Assembly: GCF_000737315.1 (NCBI RefSeq)
Contig: NZ_JMCB01000005.1
Span: forward strand, 20,001 to 268,000
Length of the DNA: 248,000 nt
Direction of reading: 5' to 3'
DNA from: Hyalangium minutum
Lineage (GTDB): Bacteria > Myxococcota > Myxococcia > Myxococcales > Myxococcaceae
Part shown: positions 58,916-69,885 of the stretch, in pieces
Numbering within the stretch: the stretch's first letter is position 1
Layout: each line of letters starts with the position of its first letter
Program-made: the position numbers and the translations under genes
Notes under the pieces: model-generated
Seen by the model: the letters and a program-made list of their open reading frames with translations, nothing else
Told to the model about the DNA's origin: nothing
Database searches by the model: none

Positions 58916-61108
58916 CTAGAACTGAGCCTTCATGAACGCCTTCGCGCGGATGTGGTCGAACTCGCGCGTCTCCAGGCTGTTCCACCCGGAGAAGCGGTTG
59001 CGGAAACCCCGCGAGCCCACCTTCACGTTGTGGTCCTTGGCCGTCTGCTCGTCCGCGATCTGCTCCACGAAGCCCGAGCCGAAGTCCGGATCGAACGTGC
59101 CGAACGCGTACTGGCCCTCCAGGCCGAACTCCACGCCCGCGAGGATGTACTTGGCCCGCACCACCACCGAGTTCTTGTTGTGGTAGCCCGAGGCCATCTC
59201 GTGCAGGTTGTACGCCTGGAACGCCGTGTTGCCGTCGAACAGGTCCGCCAGGTACTTCGTGTAGCTCACCGAAGCATACAGGTCATCCGACAGCTGGTAG
59301 CCCGCGCCCGCCGTGAAGGCGTAGTAGCGCAGCAGCCGGTCGTCGTCCGACAGGCTGTCGAAGGGCTTCCACTGGTAGCCCGTCTGGTCCCCCACGGTGA
59401 TGACGTTCGGGTTGCCGAACGTGTCCGCCGTGGACAGGCCCGGCGAGTACTCGTTCTTCAGATCCGCGCAGGCCTCGGTGCCACCGGGGCACGCACCCGC
59501 CTTGTACGGCAGGAAGCGCGAGTCGTTGATGCGCTTGTCCGTCTCGTGGATGAACTTCGCCTTGCCGAAGATGTCGATGCCCCGGCCGAAGTCCAGCACG
59601 TAGCGCGCCTTGAGCACCGCGATGTGCGTCTTCTTGTCCTGGAAGGGCTGGAAGGCCGTGCGGAAGTTGTGGCCCACGCCCGAGTCCAGCTCCGTCGTCG
59701 GGTACGGTGTCTTCGTGTAAGAGGTGTCCGGGCTGTCGTACGCCTGCCAGTTGGTGTTGTAGGTGATGTACGAGTACTCACCCGACAAATCCAGGCCGCC
59801 GTTGCCGTAGACCGGGTTCACCGTGAAGCCCTTCCAGCCGATGGCCGTCTCCGCGAAGGGCTCGTCGAAGTCCGTGAACTCGTTGTCCACGTTGATCGTC
59901 GCCACCTGCTGGGACTCACCCGTCCACCCGCCGTAGCCAATGCGCGTGGGGTTGCCGTTGAACACGCCGTACGAGGCGTTCGAGGGGCCCGGGAAGGCGA
60001 AGCTCGCGTCATGGCCTTCCGTGAGCAGCACGTCCGACTCGCGGCGCGCCGCCATGATGGCCACGTAGTCCGAGCCGATGCTGAAGCCCTGCAGGTTCAC
60101 CGACAGCCCGATGTCCAGCGGATCGCTCAGCGTCACGTCCACCTTGAAGCTGTTGTCCTCGTGGCGGCCGGCGATCACCGGCGAGTAGCCGTTGAGGCCG
60201 AAGTCCGCGGGCGTCAGCACCGGGTCCGCGTTGCTGTACGAGTGGTACAGCGAGCCGCGGATGTCCACCTTGTCGCTCAGGCGCAGGCCGGCCTTCACGC
60301 CGCCCACGCCGTTGCGGAAGCGCGGCACCAGGTCGCGCCCATCGTCCATGTTGTTGTCCACCGTGGTGGGGGCGATCTCCGCGTCGCGCACGTAGCTGAA
60401 GATGCCGCCCACATCGAGCGCGTCGCTCAGCGCCCACTTGGTCTGGAAGCCGTACGCCGCGTCCGCCGCGTGGAACAGGCCCGTGCTGAAGGACGGACCG
60501 GCCCACAGGCGCGGCAGGCTGATGCGGGTCGCATCCCAGGTGATCTTCCGGTCGAACGCCGAGCCCTGGAGGAGGATGCCGTGCGCGTTGTCACGGTCGA
60601 TGTAGCGGATGCGGCCGATGACGTACGGATCGAACTGGCCGAAGTCATTGGCGCCGATGGTGGCTGAGTCGATCAGGTAGCCCGGGGTGATGATCACCGC
60701 CACGCCGCGCAGCTTGATGTACTGGTTGGAGCGCGGATCGAACTCGCCGCAGTCGCCGCTCACGCAGGGCTTGGACGGGTCACCGCCGAAGCCGCCGAAG
60801 TTCGTCCAGAAGTTCTGGCTGAACCGGCTGTGGATGCGGCCCTTCACCTCCACCTGGCTGGAGAGCCGGGCGTTGAGCAACAGCTCGAGCTCCGTGCCCT
60901 GGCCGTTGTCGCCATAGCCCTCGCCGGGGATGGTGGTGAAGTTGTACATGGCGCCCTGCTCTCGCAGGTTGCCGTAGAGCCACTTGGTGTACGTGGTGCC
61001 GCCAATCTGCAGCTTCGGCGCGTCCTGGGCGATGGCGGGCGCCACGGGCAGCAGCACAGCGGAGGCGGCGAGCGCCAGCGCGCTCCTCCGCAGAGACTTC
61101 TTCGACAT
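58916..61108 (-). CDS. Putative outer-membrane beta-barrel protein of the starch locus
   Basis: Signal peptide, aromatic-rich beta pattern, C-terminal Phe; family not recognised. Confidence 0.6.
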   Translation of the reverse strand: MSKKSLRRSALALAASAVLLPVAPAIAQDAPKLQIGGTTYTKWLYGNLREQGAMYNFTTIPGEGYGDNGQGTELELLLNARLSSQVEVKGRIHSRFSQNFWTNFGGFGGDPSKPCVSGDCGEFDPRSNQYIKLRGVAVIITPGYLIDSATIGANDFGQFDPYVIGRIRYIDRDNAHGILLQGSAFDRKITWDATRISLPRLWAGPSFSTGLFHAADAAYGFQTKWALSDALDVGGIFSYVRDAEIAPTTVDNNMDDGRDLVPRFRNGVGGVKAGLRLSDKVDIRGSLYHSYSNADPVLTPADFGLNGYSPVIAGRHEDNSFKVDVTLSDPLDIGLSVNLQGFSIGSDYVAIMAARRESDVLLTEGHDASFAFPGPSNASYGVFNGNPTRIGYGGWTGESQQVATINVDNEFTDFDEPFAETAIGWKGFTVNPVYGNGGLDLSGEYSYITYNTNWQAYDSPDTSYTKTPYPTTELDSGVGHNFRTAFQPFQDKKTHIAVLKARYVLDFGRGIDIFGKAKFIHETDKRINDSRFLPYKAGACPGGTEACADLKNEYSPGLSTADTFGNPNVITVGDQTGYQWKPFDSLSDDDRLLRYYAFTAGAGYQLSDDLYASVSYTKYLADLFDGNTAFQAYNLHEMASGYHNKNSVVVRAKYILAGVEFGLEGQYAFGTFDPDFGSGFVEQIADEQTAKDHNVKVGSRGFRNRFSGWNSLETREFDHIRAKAFMKAQF

Positions 61109-61199
61109 GATGTGAACCCCTCCTCCAGGGCCAGACGGCACCGCGGGGAAGACAGCCCCCGCGGCGGTCCAGCCAAGTCCTTAGTGAATCGGTACCGCG

Positions 61200-62012
61200 T
61201 TACTTGCTCTGGCGCACCATCTTCAGCGTGGCCTTCGTCTTGGAGGCTCCCTCCGCGCCACACTCGTACTTGAGCATGTCGTACTGGGCCTGCTTCTCGG
61301 ACGCGTCGCCCTTGCCGCTGCCGGCCAGGATGTCGATGACCTGCGGATCGCAGTCGCCGTCGTTGCCGCCGCCGAAGCGGTGCTGGCCCTCGTACTCGTT
61401 GACCTTGCGGGTGAGCAGGTCATTGCCGGAGGGGAAGCCCTCGTTGGATTGCATCACCACCTGGAAGCCCCACTGGCTGGGGTCACCCTTGAGGGACTCG
61501 GCGTCCACGCTGCCGGTGATCTTCTTGCCGGAGCCCTTGGTGCGCTCGGGGACGATGATGTCGTCCTTCAGGCCTGCGGCCTTGGTCTCCACCTCTTTGC
61601 GCACGCGCGCGGGCGCCTGCGGCGAGAGGATGACGAGCTTGTCCCAGGCCGAGTCCGGGGCGAACTGGACGTTGAGGCCCGGAGGAGCGTCCGTGTGGCC
61701 GCTGCCCTCCTTACCGTCCGTGTCGATGAAGACGAAGACCATCTGCGTGGCGAACCCGTTGCCCATCTTCCACGGGTCCTCCAGGTTGGTGCCCAGCGTC
61801 ACCTGGAAGTCCACCTTGTTGCCCTTCTTCTCGGCGGTGAACTCGGTGATGTCGAACGAGGCCTTCTTGTAGACGGTGTCCGTCGGGTACTTGTAGGTGC
61901 CCGGGCCGTTGTCGTCTCCAGACGGATCCTTGAAGGTGACCTTGCCGTCGGCGAAGGCGGGGAGGCTGAGCAGCGAGGCAGCGAGGGTGAGGGTTGCGAC
62001 ACGGGTCTTCAT
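61200..62012 (-). CDS. Glucodextranase DOMON-like domain protein
   Basis: DPSGDDNGPGTYKYP. Confidence 0.78.
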   Translation of the reverse strand: MKTRVATLTLAASLLSLPAFADGKVTFKDPSGDDNGPGTYKYPTDTVYKKASFDITEFTAEKKGNKVDFQVTLGTNLEDPWKMGNGFATQMVFVFIDTDGKEGSGHTDAPPGLNVQFAPDSAWDKLVILSPQAPARVRKEVETKAAGLKDDIIVPERTKGSGKKITGSVDAESLKGDPSQWGFQVVMQSNEGFPSGNDLLTRKVNEYEGQHRFGGGNDGDCDPQVIDILAGSGKGDASEKQAQYDMLKYECGAEGASKTKATLKMVRQSK

Positions 62013-62037
62013 TGACGGCTCTCCTTGGGAAACAACA

Positions 62038-62916
62038 TCAACCTTTCACGCTTCCAGCCGTGAGGCCGGACACGAGGTACTTCTGGAGGAACAGGAACAG
62101 AAACACCACGGGGATGGAGACGATGATGGAGCCTGCGGCGAAGTAGCCCCACTGCTGGGAGAACCCACCGACGAAGAAGCGGAGCCCGACCGGCGCCGTG
62201 TACATGGCCTCTTGGTCCATGAAGGTAGCCGCCAAGATGAACTCATTCCAAGAGGTCATGAAAGAAAACAGCGCTGTCACGGCCACGGCGGGCTTAGCCA
62301 GGGGAAGGATGATGCTCCAGAAAATCTTGCCTACCGAGGCGCCCTCCATGAGCGCCGCCTCCTCCAGGTCCTTCGGAATGGTGTCGAAGTAGCCCTTGAG
62401 CATCCACACGCTGAAAGGGATGGAGGTGGTGGCGTAGACGATGATGAGGCCCAGCCGCGAGCTGCCCAGACCCAGCCACTGCACCAGGATGATGAACAGG
62501 GGGATGAGCATCAGGGTGCCCGGGAACATCTGAGACACCAGGAAGGCCATCATGCCCGCGCGCTGGCCGGGGAACTTGAAGCGGCTGAAGGCGTAGGCGG
62601 CGGTGCAGGCCAGGAAGACGCCCACCACGGTGGTGCCCACGGCGATGATGGCGCTGTTGAGCATCCACTGGGCGAACGGCTGCTCCGTCATCACCGAGCT
62701 GAAGTTGGAGAAGGACCACTGCTCCGGCCACGGGGTGATGGCGCGCAGCCGGTCAGTGAACGTGGGCTCCGGCGGCAGCGTGGCGATGGCCAGGTTCTGC
62801 CGCCCGGAGAAGGCGATCGTGACGACCCAGAGGATGGGGTAGATGGTGAAGAGGGTGAAGAGCACCAGCAGCACATGCAACGGCAGGTGCGGGACCCCTT
62901 CGCGACGCGTGGCCAT
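62038..62916 (-). CDS. Maltose/maltodextrin ABC permease (MalG-like)
   Basis: EEAALMEGAS EAA loop, WNEF. Confidence 0.88.
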   Translation of the reverse strand: MATRREGVPHLPLHVLLVLFTLFTIYPILWVVTIAFSGRQNLAIATLPPEPTFTDRLRAITPWPEQWSFSNFSSVMTEQPFAQWMLNSAIIAVGTTVVGVFLACTAAYAFSRFKFPGQRAGMMAFLVSQMFPGTLMLIPLFIILVQWLGLGSSRLGLIIVYATTSIPFSVWMLKGYFDTIPKDLEEAALMEGASVGKIFWSIILPLAKPAVAVTALFSFMTSWNEFILAATFMDQEAMYTAPVGLRFFVGGFSQQWGYFAAGSIIVSIPVVFLFLFLQKYLVSGLTAGSVKG

Positions 62917-64991
62917 TACGCTGCCTCCGTGGCGCGTGAGAGACGGTTCTGCACCACGCTGTAGAGCAGCAGGATGCCGAAGATGACGGTGGAGTACGCC
63001 GCCGCGTAGCCGTAGCGGTAGCGCTGGAAGGCGTACTTGTACGCCTGCGTGACGAGGATCTCCGTGGAGTTGCCCGGCTCACCCTCCGTCACCAGGAAGA
63101 TGATGTTGAACATGTTGAAGGTCCACACCACCGACAGGATGACTGCGGGCACCAGCGCGGGCTTGAGCGAGGGCAGGGTGATGGCGACGAACTGCTGCCA
63201 GCGGCTGGCTCCGTCCACGCGCGCAGCCTCGTAAAGCTCCATGGGGATGGACTGCAGGGCGCCCAGCGACACCACCATCATGAAGGGGAACGAGAGCCAG
63301 CCGTTGGTGGCCAGCGCCGTCAGGTAGGAGGTGAAGGGGGACTCGAACCAGGACAGGCCCTGGCCGCCGAACATGCGGATGACGTGGTTCACCACGCCGA
63401 ACTGCTGGTGGAACATGCCCTTCCAGATGAGCGCGGTGATGTAGTTGGGCATGGCCCACGGCAGGATGAGCAGCACGCGGTAGATGGGGCGCAGCGCCAG
63501 GTTGGGGGTGTTGAGGATGAGCGCCAGCACCAGCCCCACCGAGACGCCGATCGCCACATTGGTGATGGTCCACACCACCGTGAAGAAGAGCGTCCAGTAG
63601 AAGTTCAGGTAGTTGAAGACCCAGGTGCCGTTGTCCCCCTGCCGGGCGATGTTGAAGTCCCCGAGGATCTCCACGTAGTTGCGCAGGCCGATCCAGATCT
63701 CCGTCAGCGGCTGGTTGGTGTTGTAGAGGTTGGCGTCCGTGAAGGAGAGGGTGATGCCGTAGATGAAGGGGAAGAAGACGAGCACCACCATGCCCACCAT
63801 GGCCGGCGCGATGTACGCGTAGGCCTCGCGGTGCTCCACCATCGTGGACACCGTGCGGTGCAGCCCGCCCAGGCCGATGAAGGCCAGCAGCGCCAGCCCC
63901 AGCAGCCCCAGCAGCGCCGAGGCCCGTGAGGCTTGGCTCTGCAGCGTCTCCACGCGCTGGGTGACCACGGCCTCGTTCACCGTGCCCTGCGCGTCCAGCA
64001 GGCCCAGCGGCTTGCGGTAGACGTCCGTGTCCCAGGTGCCCGGCGCGAGCGCCGGCTCGGTGGTGAGGTTCTGCGCGGTGATGGCCGCCTTGCCGCGCTC
64101 GGCGATGGCGCGCAGGTGCTCCGCCACCGCGCCCTGTGAGCCACGCACCCCGTCCTCCAGGGCGCGCATGGAGTACTGGGTGTAGCCGCCCAGGCCCGCC
64201 ATGAAGAGCACCGCCGCTGCAGCCACCAACTGCCACTGCCGCTGCAGCTTCACGAAGGAGACGCCCAGCAGCACCAGCAGCGGCAGGAAGAAGGCCAGCA
64301 GCACCGGCGCCAGCCCGGGACGCTCCGCCTTGGGGAGCGGCTGGGTGGCCAGATCCACCATGCCCACCACCCCTCCATCCGCCTCGACCGGCGCGGAGAA
64401 GAGCCGGCCGCCCGTGGGCAACAGCTCGATCTCGATCTCCGGCTTGCGGGCGCTGCCCTCTTCGCGGTTGGTCTCCACCGCGGCGCGCAGGCGCTGCCCA
64501 CGGTCGTAGATGACCTTCTCCTCGCGCGCGAGCCGCCGAGGCGCCGCCTTGTCGCCTTGGTCCTCCGGGAAGGTGGAGGACTCCAGCTTGACGCCGGAGA
64601 AGGCGATCACGCGCACGTGGCTGCCCGCGGGCAGCTGCTCCTTGGCCGCGTCCACCACGGCGCGCACCCCATCTCCGCTGCCGCCCGCGCGGCGCACGAG
64701 GTCCGCCAGGGCGTTCAGGGAGATGAGGGTGCGGCGCTGCTCGCGCTCGATGGCGGCGTCTTCACGCGCCTGGGCGAGCAGGGCGTAAGCCAGCGCCAGC
64801 CCCACGCCGAGCGCAAGGGCCAGCCCCACCAGCACGCGGGGCCGCCGCACGCTGGGGGGATTCGTCTGAGGAGGAATCACGGAGGAGCCTGCTGCAGGGG
64901 GAGAGACCTGGACACCGGAGGGACCGGGCCCAGGAGCGGCGGCGCCAGGGGAGGCGCCGCCCGAGGAAGGCGGGGGTACGGCGCTGCTCAC
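62916..64991 (-). CDS. MalF-like ABC permease with large N-terminal extension
   Basis: YEAARVDGAS, WTFNMFN. Confidence 0.85.
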   Translation of the reverse strand: MSSAVPPPSSGGASPGAAAPGPGPSGVQVSPPAAGSSVIPPQTNPPSVRRPRVLVGLALALGVGLALAYALLAQAREDAAIEREQRRTLISLNALADLVRRAGGSGDGVRAVVDAAKEQLPAGSHVRVIAFSGVKLESSTFPEDQGDKAAPRRLAREEKVIYDRGQRLRAAVETNREEGSARKPEIEIELLPTGGRLFSAPVEADGGVVGMVDLATQPLPKAERPGLAPVLLAFFLPLLVLLGVSFVKLQRQWQLVAAAAVLFMAGLGGYTQYSMRALEDGVRGSQGAVAEHLRAIAERGKAAITAQNLTTEPALAPGTWDTDVYRKPLGLLDAQGTVNEAVVTQRVETLQSQASRASALLGLLGLALLAFIGLGGLHRTVSTMVEHREAYAYIAPAMVGMVVLVFFPFIYGITLSFTDANLYNTNQPLTEIWIGLRNYVEILGDFNIARQGDNGTWVFNYLNFYWTLFFTVVWTITNVAIGVSVGLVLALILNTPNLALRPIYRVLLILPWAMPNYITALIWKGMFHQQFGVVNHVIRMFGGQGLSWFESPFTSYLTALATNGWLSFPFMMVVSLGALQSIPMELYEAARVDGASRWQQFVAITLPSLKPALVPAVILSVVWTFNMFNIIFLVTEGEPGNSTEILVTQAYKYAFQRYRYGYAAAYSTVIFGILLLYSVVQNRLSRATEAA

Positions 64992-66214
64992 TTCTTCCGC
65001 AGCCCCGCGACGTCCTTGGCCACCTGCTGCTGCGCCTTGTCGAGCGCGGCCTTCGGCGAAGAGGTCTTCTTCAGGATGGCGTTCATCGCCGTGGTGGCCG
65101 GCGACCAGACCATGGTCATCTCCGGCACGTTCGGCATGGGCACCGCCACGTTCACCTGATCACGGAACGCCTTGAGCTGCGGATCCTTGGACACGTCGGC
65201 GTCGTTGTAGACCTCGGTGTTCGCGGGACTCTGGCGGCCCTCGAGCGCCAGCACCTTGGCGGAGGTCGTCAGGGTGAGGAACTTGGCGAACTCGAAAGCG
65301 GCCTCCTTGTTCTTCGAGGGAGCCGTCACGTACACGCCCTCCACCGTCATCCACGGGCGCATCGGCTTGCCGCCCGCCTCGTCAATCGTGGGCAGGGTGG
65401 TGATGCCGTAGTCGATGCCCTTGGCGATCTCGCCCAGGAACCACGGACCGGAGAACACGATGCCCGCCTTGCCGTCGTTGAAGAGCGAGGTGATGAGCGC
65501 CGTAGAGGGCTCCGCGGGGAGGATGCCGTCCTTGTCGATCCACTTGAGCAGGTAGTCGATGGACTGCACGTTCTCCTTGGAGTTCATCGTGGGGTTGAAC
65601 TTGGCGTCGAACACGCCGCCGCCGAAGCCGTTCATCAGCGCCGCGTGGTAGTAGAAGTCGCCGTACGAGTACGCCAGCCCGAAGCGCCCGGCCTTCTTGT
65701 CCGTGAGCTTCTTGGCCAGGGCGACCAGCTCGCCGGTGGTCTTCGGCGGGGTGGGGACGAGCTTCTTGTTATAGATGAGCGCGATGTTCTTGTAGTTCAG
65801 CGGCAGCCCGTACACAGTGCCCCGGTACGTCATCGCCTGCATCGTGGTGGGGATGAAGCGCTGCTTGAGCGCGTCATCCAGGAAGAAGTCGATGGGCTCG
65901 ATGGTGTTGCCGGCCTCGATCCAGCCGCCCAGACGGTCCTGCGCGAAGATGAAGAGGTCCGGACCTTTGCCGCGCGGCACGGTGGCGGTGATCTTGTCCG
66001 CGAAGGCGTCATACGGCACGGCCAGCGTGGTGACCTTGAACTTGCCGGCGTTGGCCTTGTTGTACTCGGCCACCACCTTCTCCAGCGCGGACTTCTCCTC
66101 GGCACGGTAGGAGTGCCACAGGACGATCTCCGTCTCGGCGGCGGCGGCGGTCAGGGGCAGCAGACCGAGCACACTGAGGCACACGGCCGCGATCAGCAGT
66201 CGCAGGTTCTTCAT
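64988..66214 (-). CDS. Maltodextrin-binding protein (MalE-like)
   Basis: GPDLFIFAQDRLG, GPW, PMPNVPEM. Confidence 0.88.
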   Translation of the reverse strand: MKNLRLLIAAVCLSVLGLLPLTAAAAETEIVLWHSYRAEEKSALEKVVAEYNKANAGKFKVTTLAVPYDAFADKITATVPRGKGPDLFIFAQDRLGGWIEAGNTIEPIDFFLDDALKQRFIPTTMQAMTYRGTVYGLPLNYKNIALIYNKKLVPTPPKTTGELVALAKKLTDKKAGRFGLAYSYGDFYYHAALMNGFGGGVFDAKFNPTMNSKENVQSIDYLLKWIDKDGILPAEPSTALITSLFNDGKAGIVFSGPWFLGEIAKGIDYGITTLPTIDEAGGKPMRPWMTVEGVYVTAPSKNKEAAFEFAKFLTLTTSAKVLALEGRQSPANTEVYNDADVSKDPQLKAFRDQVNVAVPMPNVPEMTMVWSPATTAMNAILKKTSSPKAALDKAQQQVAKDVAGLRKK

Positions 66215-66243
66215 GAGTGGGGCGCTCCGGGGAAGCAGGCGAA

Positions 66244-67338
<1,095 letters not shown>

Positions 67339-67365
67339 CAGATCCCTCGCCCCTGAACTTCAGGG

Positions 67366-68955
67366 TTATTGGGTTTGGATTCTTCCCAGGATGCGTGCCC
67401 CGAGCGGCTCCACCGTGAGCTCCAGGGAGGGGCCTTCCAGCCGGCCCCCGTTCAACACGTCTTCCGCCGCCGTCCTGCCCCACGCCTCGGGCCAGGGCAG
67501 CGACACCTTCGCTGGCTGCGCGCCGCGGTTGATCGCCACGATCACCGCGTCGCCCGAGCCCGCCTCGTGCCGCAGGAAGACATAGAGGTCTCCGTCGGTG
67601 GAGAGCCCCTGGTGCGTCCCCCGCGAGAGCGCCACGTGCGCGCGGCGGATGGAGGTGAGCTTCTGGTAGAGCTTGCGCAGGTCCTCGTCGCGCGGCTTGC
67701 CGGCGCCGGGCCTCACGTCGCGCGAGCCCCACGGCATGTCGCTGCGGTTCGCGGGCCAGTCGCCGCCGGGGCGGGCGACCTCCTCGCCGTAATAGAGGGT
67801 GGGGATGCCGGAGGTGGTGAGCTGCAGCACCACCGCGAGGCGGAAGCGCTTCACGTCGCCCTCGAGCTGGTGCAGTGCGCCCGTCACGTCATGCGAGGAC
67901 AGGAAGTGGGCCAGCAGGTAGCCGGGGCGCACCTTGGCGCGTGACTTGAGGTACTTGTCGAAGGCGATGGTGCGGCCGCGGCCCTGCACGAAGGCGAGCG
68001 TGCTGCCCTGGAAGCCGAAGTCGAAGCCGGCGTCCATCTCGTCCCCGGCGAACCACGGGTCCAGCGACTCCGCGTCGCCACCCCATACCTCGCCCAGCAG
68101 GAAGAAGTCCTTGCTCACCTCTTCGCGCAGGCGGCGGCGGTGCTCCTTCCAGAAGGGGTGATCCACGTGCTTCACCGTGTCCAGCCGGAAGCCGTCCACC
68201 CCGGAGCGCTTGGCCCAGTCCAGCTGCGCGTCCAGCAGGTACTTGGCCACCTCGGGCAGCTCTGTCTTGAAGTCCGGCAGGCCGGAGACGCAGCTCGTCA
68301 CGTCGTCCTGGCCGCAGGTGCCCCGCTCCTCCGAGCGCAGCCAGTTCTTCGTCTCGGGCTTCGTGACGTAGTGCGAGTTGTAGCCCGGGTGGTTGTAGAC
68401 CACGTCCAGCAGCACGCGGATGCCCCGGCGGTGCGCGTCGTCCACCAGCGCGCGCAGGTCTTCCTCGGTGCCGATGCGCGGATCCAGCTGGTGGAAGTCA
68501 TCCGCCCAGTAGCCGTGGTAGCCCCAGTCCGGGAAGCCCGCGCCGGTGACGAAGCTGTCGATGTTCTTCACCACCGGAGTGATCCACAGCGCTGTCACGC
68601 CCAGCGAGCTCAGCTCGTCCAGCTGCTGGCGCAGGCCCTTCAGGTCTCCACCGTGGAAGGCGCCTTGCGCGGCCACGTCCACCGCCGTGTTGTTGGCGGC
68701 ATCTCCGTCGGCGAAGCGATCGACGACGACGAAGTAGAGGATCTCGTCCGCCCAGGGGCGCGGTGCCACTTTGGGCGCGGCGGGCGGAGCGGGGGGCTGC
68801 GGGGCGGCTGCGGTGGGGGGGCTCGCGGGGGTGGGCCCAGCCTCGGGCTGTGGAGCAGTGTGTGCGCAACTCAGCAGGTGAAGCGCGAAAAGCAGCGGCA
68901 CCGTTGCATGACGCAAGCGCACAAGAGCTTGGCTGCGGGGCTGGGGGTCCTGCAT
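67366..68955 (-). CDS. GH13 alpha-amylase lipoprotein
   Basis: YHGYW, DVVYNH, GFRLDTVKH, SHD. Confidence 0.88.
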   Translation of the reverse strand: MQDPQPRSQALVRLRHATVPLLFALHLLSCAHTAPQPEAGPTPASPPTAAAPQPPAPPAAPKVAPRPWADEILYFVVVDRFADGDAANNTAVDVAAQGAFHGGDLKGLRQQLDELSSLGVTALWITPVVKNIDSFVTGAGFPDWGYHGYWADDFHQLDPRIGTEEDLRALVDDAHRRGIRVLLDVVYNHPGYNSHYVTKPETKNWLRSEERGTCGQDDVTSCVSGLPDFKTELPEVAKYLLDAQLDWAKRSGVDGFRLDTVKHVDHPFWKEHRRRLREEVSKDFFLLGEVWGGDAESLDPWFAGDEMDAGFDFGFQGSTLAFVQGRGRTIAFDKYLKSRAKVRPGYLLAHFLSSHDVTGALHQLEGDVKRFRLAVVLQLTTSGIPTLYYGEEVARPGGDWPANRSDMPWGSRDVRPGAGKPRDEDLRKLYQKLTSIRRAHVALSRGTHQGLSTDGDLYVFLRHEAGSGDAVIVAINRGAQPAKVSLPWPEAWGRTAAEDVLNGGRLEGPSLELTVEPLGARILGRIQTQ

Positions 68956-69158
68956 CGCGGCGCGACTGTTTCACAGAATGCTGGAGAGGTGAACTGTCTG
69001 TCGCCCCCCCCAGCAGACCTCTTTGGTCACGTTCCCCAGCGCGTTCGGAATGATGCGCCGCGTCGATATTTCCGAGTGAAACGGCGCTACCACCCAGAGT
69101 CTGACGCGGTGCGTATCGGGCAGAGGTGACTTCGTCCGTGGGCCAGAAAGTGCCTACC

Positions 69159-69596
69159 TCATGGGTTTTGGCGGTAGGGCGAGGGCTCCTCGGGCCAGGC
69201 GTTCGGCTGGCACTGGGTCTGGTCGTTGTCGATGACGACCTCGCGCGCGATGCGCTCCTGGTTGTTGTAGTCGAACGAGGTGCGCACCTGGGCGCCCGGC
69301 GCCAGGTACTCGCGGGCCACGAGGTCTCCGTTGCGATCCTTGTACATCGTCTGCTCGTCGACGCGCATGGAGCGCTCGAAGCCCTTGTCATCGCGGACGA
69401 TCAGCGTGTCGCGGTAGTCGGCCACTACAGTGCCTCGGATGAGCGGGCCGGTGTCACCCCGGGCGATGTCCGGGTTTTGGGCCACGCGCGTGGGCGGAGA
69501 GGCCTCCGAGGAGTAGCCCCCCACGGTTGTGCCCGTCGCGCACCCCCACAAGCACGCCGCTCCCAACGCCGCCGCTCCCATGATCCAGGTCTTCAT
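69159..69596 (-). CDS. Hypothetical lipoprotein
   Basis: Lipobox LWGC. Confidence 0.55.
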   Translation of the reverse strand: MKTWIMGAAALGAACLWGCATGTTVGGYSSEASPPTRVAQNPDIARGDTGPLIRGTVVADYRDTLIVRDDKGFERSMRVDEQTMYKDRNGDLVAREYLAPGAQVRTSFDYNNQERIAREVVIDNDQTQCQPNAWPEEPSPYRQNP

Positions 69597-69885
69597 GCGT
69601 GGTCACCCCCGTTCGGCGGAACGCTCCGCCCATCCACGGGCAGGGTGGCGACGCCACTCGGCACCTCGCAAGCCCGGCTCCGCTCCCTGAGGGGCAGGCG
69701 AGCGCAATCCCAGGGTTTCCCAGGTTCTGCTGGCAATCCGCACTGTCTGCTCCCTTACGAGGAGGGCACAGCGGGAGCCAGTCTGGACGCTTGCTCACCC
69801 AGCCCTGCTAGTCTGCGCACGCTTCGCGCCGGGCCAGGCCTCTTGCTTCTTCGTCGCGAGTCACACGTGCCAGCGCTCATCGCTG

